Below, one piece after another: positions 61,756 through 64,000 of a DNA stretch of 64,000 nucleotides. The notes below the pieces were generated by a model. The model saw nothing but the letters and a program-made list of their open reading frames with translations. It did not search any database and was not told the origin of the DNA. How positions within the stretch are numbered: position 1 is the first letter of the stretch; every line of letters begins with the position of its first letter. Both the position numbers and the translations under genes were made by a program. This DNA comes from an uncultured Oscillospiraceae bacterium (lineage in GTDB: Bacteria > Bacillota > Clostridia > Oscillospirales > Ruminococcaceae). The stretch is from the NCBI GenBank assembly GCA_934446355.1, contig CAKSEC010000013.1:2474-66473 (forward strand). Reading direction: 5' to 3'.

Positions 61756-62805
61756 ATGACTAAATATGAAGCTGTTGCGCAGGCAATAAAAACCGATATT
61801 GAAAACGGAGTATATACCGAGGGGCAGGCAATACCTACAGAGGAACTGCTCACTGCTCAGTATGACGTCAGCCGCCAGACGATACGCAAGGCATTAACGC
61901 TCTTGGTGGAAGATAATCTTATAATTAAGCGTCAGGGCAGCGGTTCAGTGGTACGGCCGAAGCGGCTGAATCCAAGGACCGGAAAAATAGCGGTAGTTGC
62001 AACGTACATCAGCGATTACATTTTTCCGAGTCAGCTTCGGGCTGTTGAGGAAGTTCTGTCTGAGAACAAGTACACTGCTGTTCTTTCGGCGACCCGCAAC
62101 CGTGTTTGTAACGAGCGTGCTATTCTCGAAGAAATACTCAAGAATCCCGTTGACGGCATACTGATAGAGGGTACAAAATCCGCAATACCGAACCCGAATT
62201 TCGATTTATATGAGAAACTTATCGGCATGGGTATCCCGGTGGTCTTTTTCAACGGATATTACCCTGCCCTCAGCGGCACATATTCAGTCTGCGCAGACAA
62301 TCAGGCCGGAGGCGCTGAACTTGTGCGCCACCTGATCGAACGTGGCCACACGAAAATCGCTGGATATTTCAAAAGCGATGATATCCAAGGACATCAGCGG
62401 TATTGCGGCTTTATTACAGAGTTGTTCCGCAGCGGTCTGATAATTCCTGATGAGAACGTGCTTTGGTACACCACGGAAACAAAAGAAAATCTTTTTGATA
62501 ATCCAGAGGAAGTATTAAAGCATCTCGGCGATAACACAGCAGTCGTGTGCTATAACGATGAGGTGGCATTCGGACTTGTGAAATGCCTGCTCTCAGCCGG
62601 CAAACGCATTCCGGAGGACGTTGCAGTAGTAAGCTTCGACAACAGCGCTCTCAGCCGTATATCTCAGGTGCCTATAACCTCGCTTTCCTATGAGGATAGG
62701 AACATCGGCAGGATAGCCGCACAAAAGCTCGTAGATATCCTGAACGGCAAGCAGGTTTCTTCTGAGGTGCTGCCGTGGACTTTTATTCAAAAGGAAAGCT
62801 CATAA
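61756..62805 (+). CDS. araR: AraR-type regulator (GntR HTH + LacI/GalR-like sugar-binding domain)
   Basis: LPTEELLTAQYDVSRQTIRKALTLLVEDNLIIKRQGSGSVV followed by a PBP-like domain, divergent from the ara genes. Confidence 0.8.
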   Translation: MTKYEAVAQAIKTDIENGVYTEGQAIPTEELLTAQYDVSRQTIRKALTLLVEDNLIIKRQGSGSVVRPKRLNPRTGKIAVVATYISDYIFPSQLRAVEEVLSENKYTAVLSATRNRVCNERAILEEILKNPVDGILIEGTKSAIPNPNFDLYEKLIGMGIPVVFFNGYYPALSGTYSVCADNQAGGAELVRHLIERGHTKIAGYFKSDDIQGHQRYCGFITELFRSGLIIPDENVLWYTTETKENLFDNPEEVLKHLGDNTAVVCYNDEVAFGLVKCLLSAGKRIPEDVAVVSFDNSALSRISQVPITSLSYEDRNIGRIAAQKLVDILNGKQVSSEVLPWTFIQKESS

Positions 62806-62842
62806 ATCAAAACCACACATAAAATACTGGATATCTTATCAT

Positions 62843-62885
62843 AAAAGCCATCTTTTGCTTGTAGGGAAAAGATGGCTTTTTGTAT
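62843..62885 (+). terminator. rho-independent terminator
   Basis: AAAAGCCATCTTTT-N10-AAAAGATGGCTTTT followed by TGT. Confidence 0.75.
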
Positions 62886-62972
62886 ATCATATTTCTGACA
62901 GATTTCTTTTTACGTCCTTTATGTTTTACCACATATTCTGCAAAAGCTCAACATTTTCGCCCACCTCTCCCC

Positions 62973-63001
62973 TTGATTTTTCTCAAATAATATGTTACAA
63001 T
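62973..63001 (+). promoter_or_regulatory. sigma-A type promoter with extended -10
   Basis: TTGATT (62973-62978), 17-nt spacer ending TGT, TACAAT (62996-63001). Confidence 0.5.
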
Positions 63002-63036
63002 GACATTATGATGAAAATCGAAAGGAGAAAACCACA

Positions 63037-64000
63037 TTGGAATCATCTCCCGTGATAAGCATAGCCGGCTACTGCCGAATTTCCGTGGATATGGAAGTAG
63101 ACCGTGACAACACCTCTATTGAGAACCAGAAAGCTATAATCTCGGAGTACGTCAGGGTGAAGTTTCCGGACGCAGAACTTACTTTCTACGAGGACCGTGA
63201 CCGCTCCGGATACACATTCGACCAGCGGCTGGGTTACCAGAAAATGCGCAAAAAGCTGATGAGCGGCGAACACAATATACTGATAATAAAGGACTTCAGC
63301 CGTTTTTCCCGCCGAAACAGCAAGGGTCTGGTCGAGCTTGAGGACCTGCGCGACAAGGGCGTCCGAATAATCGCCATCGGCGACAGTATCGACTACCCGA
63401 CATTCGACGACTGGATGTCGATACAGTTCAGGTTTCTTGTGAACGAAATGCCGGTCACCGACGCCAGCAAAAAGGTCAAGAGCGTAATAGCCAACCGCCA
63501 GAAGGACGGAAAATGGCTCTGCGCCGTGCCCTACGGCTATCGTCTGGAGGGTAACAAGAATCTCACGATAACCGTTGATGAGGAATGCGCCCCCGTCGTG
63601 CGCAAAATATTCGAGCTGTATTCCGAGGGTATGGGCTACCGGAAAATCGCAAACTACCTAACCGACCAGCACATTCCCACTCCACGGACGATAGAGCGTG
63701 AACGAAAGATCGCCGCCGGCGAGGACTGCAAAATCAACGCCCGCCCAGAATGGAGCCTTATAACCGTGTCCGAGATACTGCGCAACGATTTCTATATTGG
63801 GACGTTCAGGCAGGCAAAATACAAGCGCACCAAAATAAACGGCGCAGACAAAAAGACCGACGAAAGCCAGCATATAATATTCGAGAACCACCACCCCGCA
63901 ATAATCAGCGACCGGCTGTTCCTGTCCGTTCAGCAGCAGCTTGACAGCCGCACAAACGGGAATTATCGGGGCGTAAAGAAGTACGAGAACGTATATTCGG
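63037..64000 (+). CDS. large serine recombinase, 5' part (continues beyond the window)
   Basis: TTG start 9 nt after AAAGGAG. Resolvase catalytic region IAGYCRISVD...SIENQ, then the recombinase domain (PYGYRL...). There is no stop before base 64000, and the ORF is absent from the ORF track for that reason. Confidence 0.85.
   Translation, partial: MESSPVISIAGYCRISVDMEVDRDNTSIENQKAIISEYVRVKFPDAELTFYEDRDRSGYTFDQRLGYQKMRKKLMSGEHNILIIKDFSRFSRRNSKGLVELEDLRDKGVRIIAIGDSIDYPTFDDWMSIQFRFLVNEMPVTDASKKVKSVIANRQKDGKWLCAVPYGYRLEGNKNLTITVDEECAPVVRKIFELYSEGMGYRKIANYLTDQHIPTPRTIERERKIAAGEDCKINARPEWSLITVSEILRNDFYIGTFRQAKYKRTKINGADKKTDESQHIIFENHHPAIISDRLFLSVQQQLDSRTNGNYRGVKKYENVYS

Noticed and set aside
1-64000. 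Search by eye for tRNA, rRNA, tmRNA or known riboswitch signatures (T-loop GTTCGAATC-like motifs, T-box, common riboswitch cores).
   Set aside because: Nothing convincing was seen. This is a weak negative, because no covariance-model scan could be run.

Overview
This 64-kb chromosomal segment comes from a Gram-positive, Clostridia-like anaerobe. The taxon is inferred from many near-consensus TTGACA-N17-TATAAT promoters, AGGAGG ribosome-binding sites, numerous lipobox lipoproteins and the gene content. Core metabolism makes up most of the window. It includes a lipoprotein/MBOAT/DHHW glycan O-acylation trio (2.6-5.9 kb) and a minus-strand sucrose PTS regulon, scrR-scrA-scrB-scrK, with ptsH-ptsI attached (16.9-24.2 kb). 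A run of small hydrolase and transferase genes lies at 34.1-39.4 kb. A two-component system sits divergent from a VTC-domain/DUF4956/CotH triad (43.2-48.7 kb). An L-arabinose regulon covers 52.8-62.8 kb: araR, a 4-gene sugar ABC importer, and araA-kinase-araD. The 5' part of a large serine recombinase sits at the right edge. Two visibly AT-richer accessory patches interrupt this. The first (8.8-15.2 kb) carries a DUF4143 ATPase, a sigma/anti-sigma pair and a macrodomain + SirTM-type sirtuin pair. The second (48.7-52.1 kb) carries an unknown 450-aa gene, palindrome arrays and a spoVG paralog. There are also many gene remnants. I saw no rRNA, tRNA or CRISPR array. Six signals stand out. (1) A roughly 200-nt structured repeat family has three copies, stems that change sequence but keep pairing, and duplicated terminator hairpins on its flanks. 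(2) A second, 85-nt hairpin repeat family has two copies. (3) The VTC/DUF4956/CotH membrane module is uncharacterised. (4) A promoter, leader ORF and terminator precede a triple-GNAT gene. (5) Four neighbouring genes (29.8-33.4 kb) are each damaged within their first codons. (6) A dense array of GTTGCA palindromes and a folded leader lie upstream of the spoVG paralog. All product calls rest on motif recognition by eye, and no database search was run.
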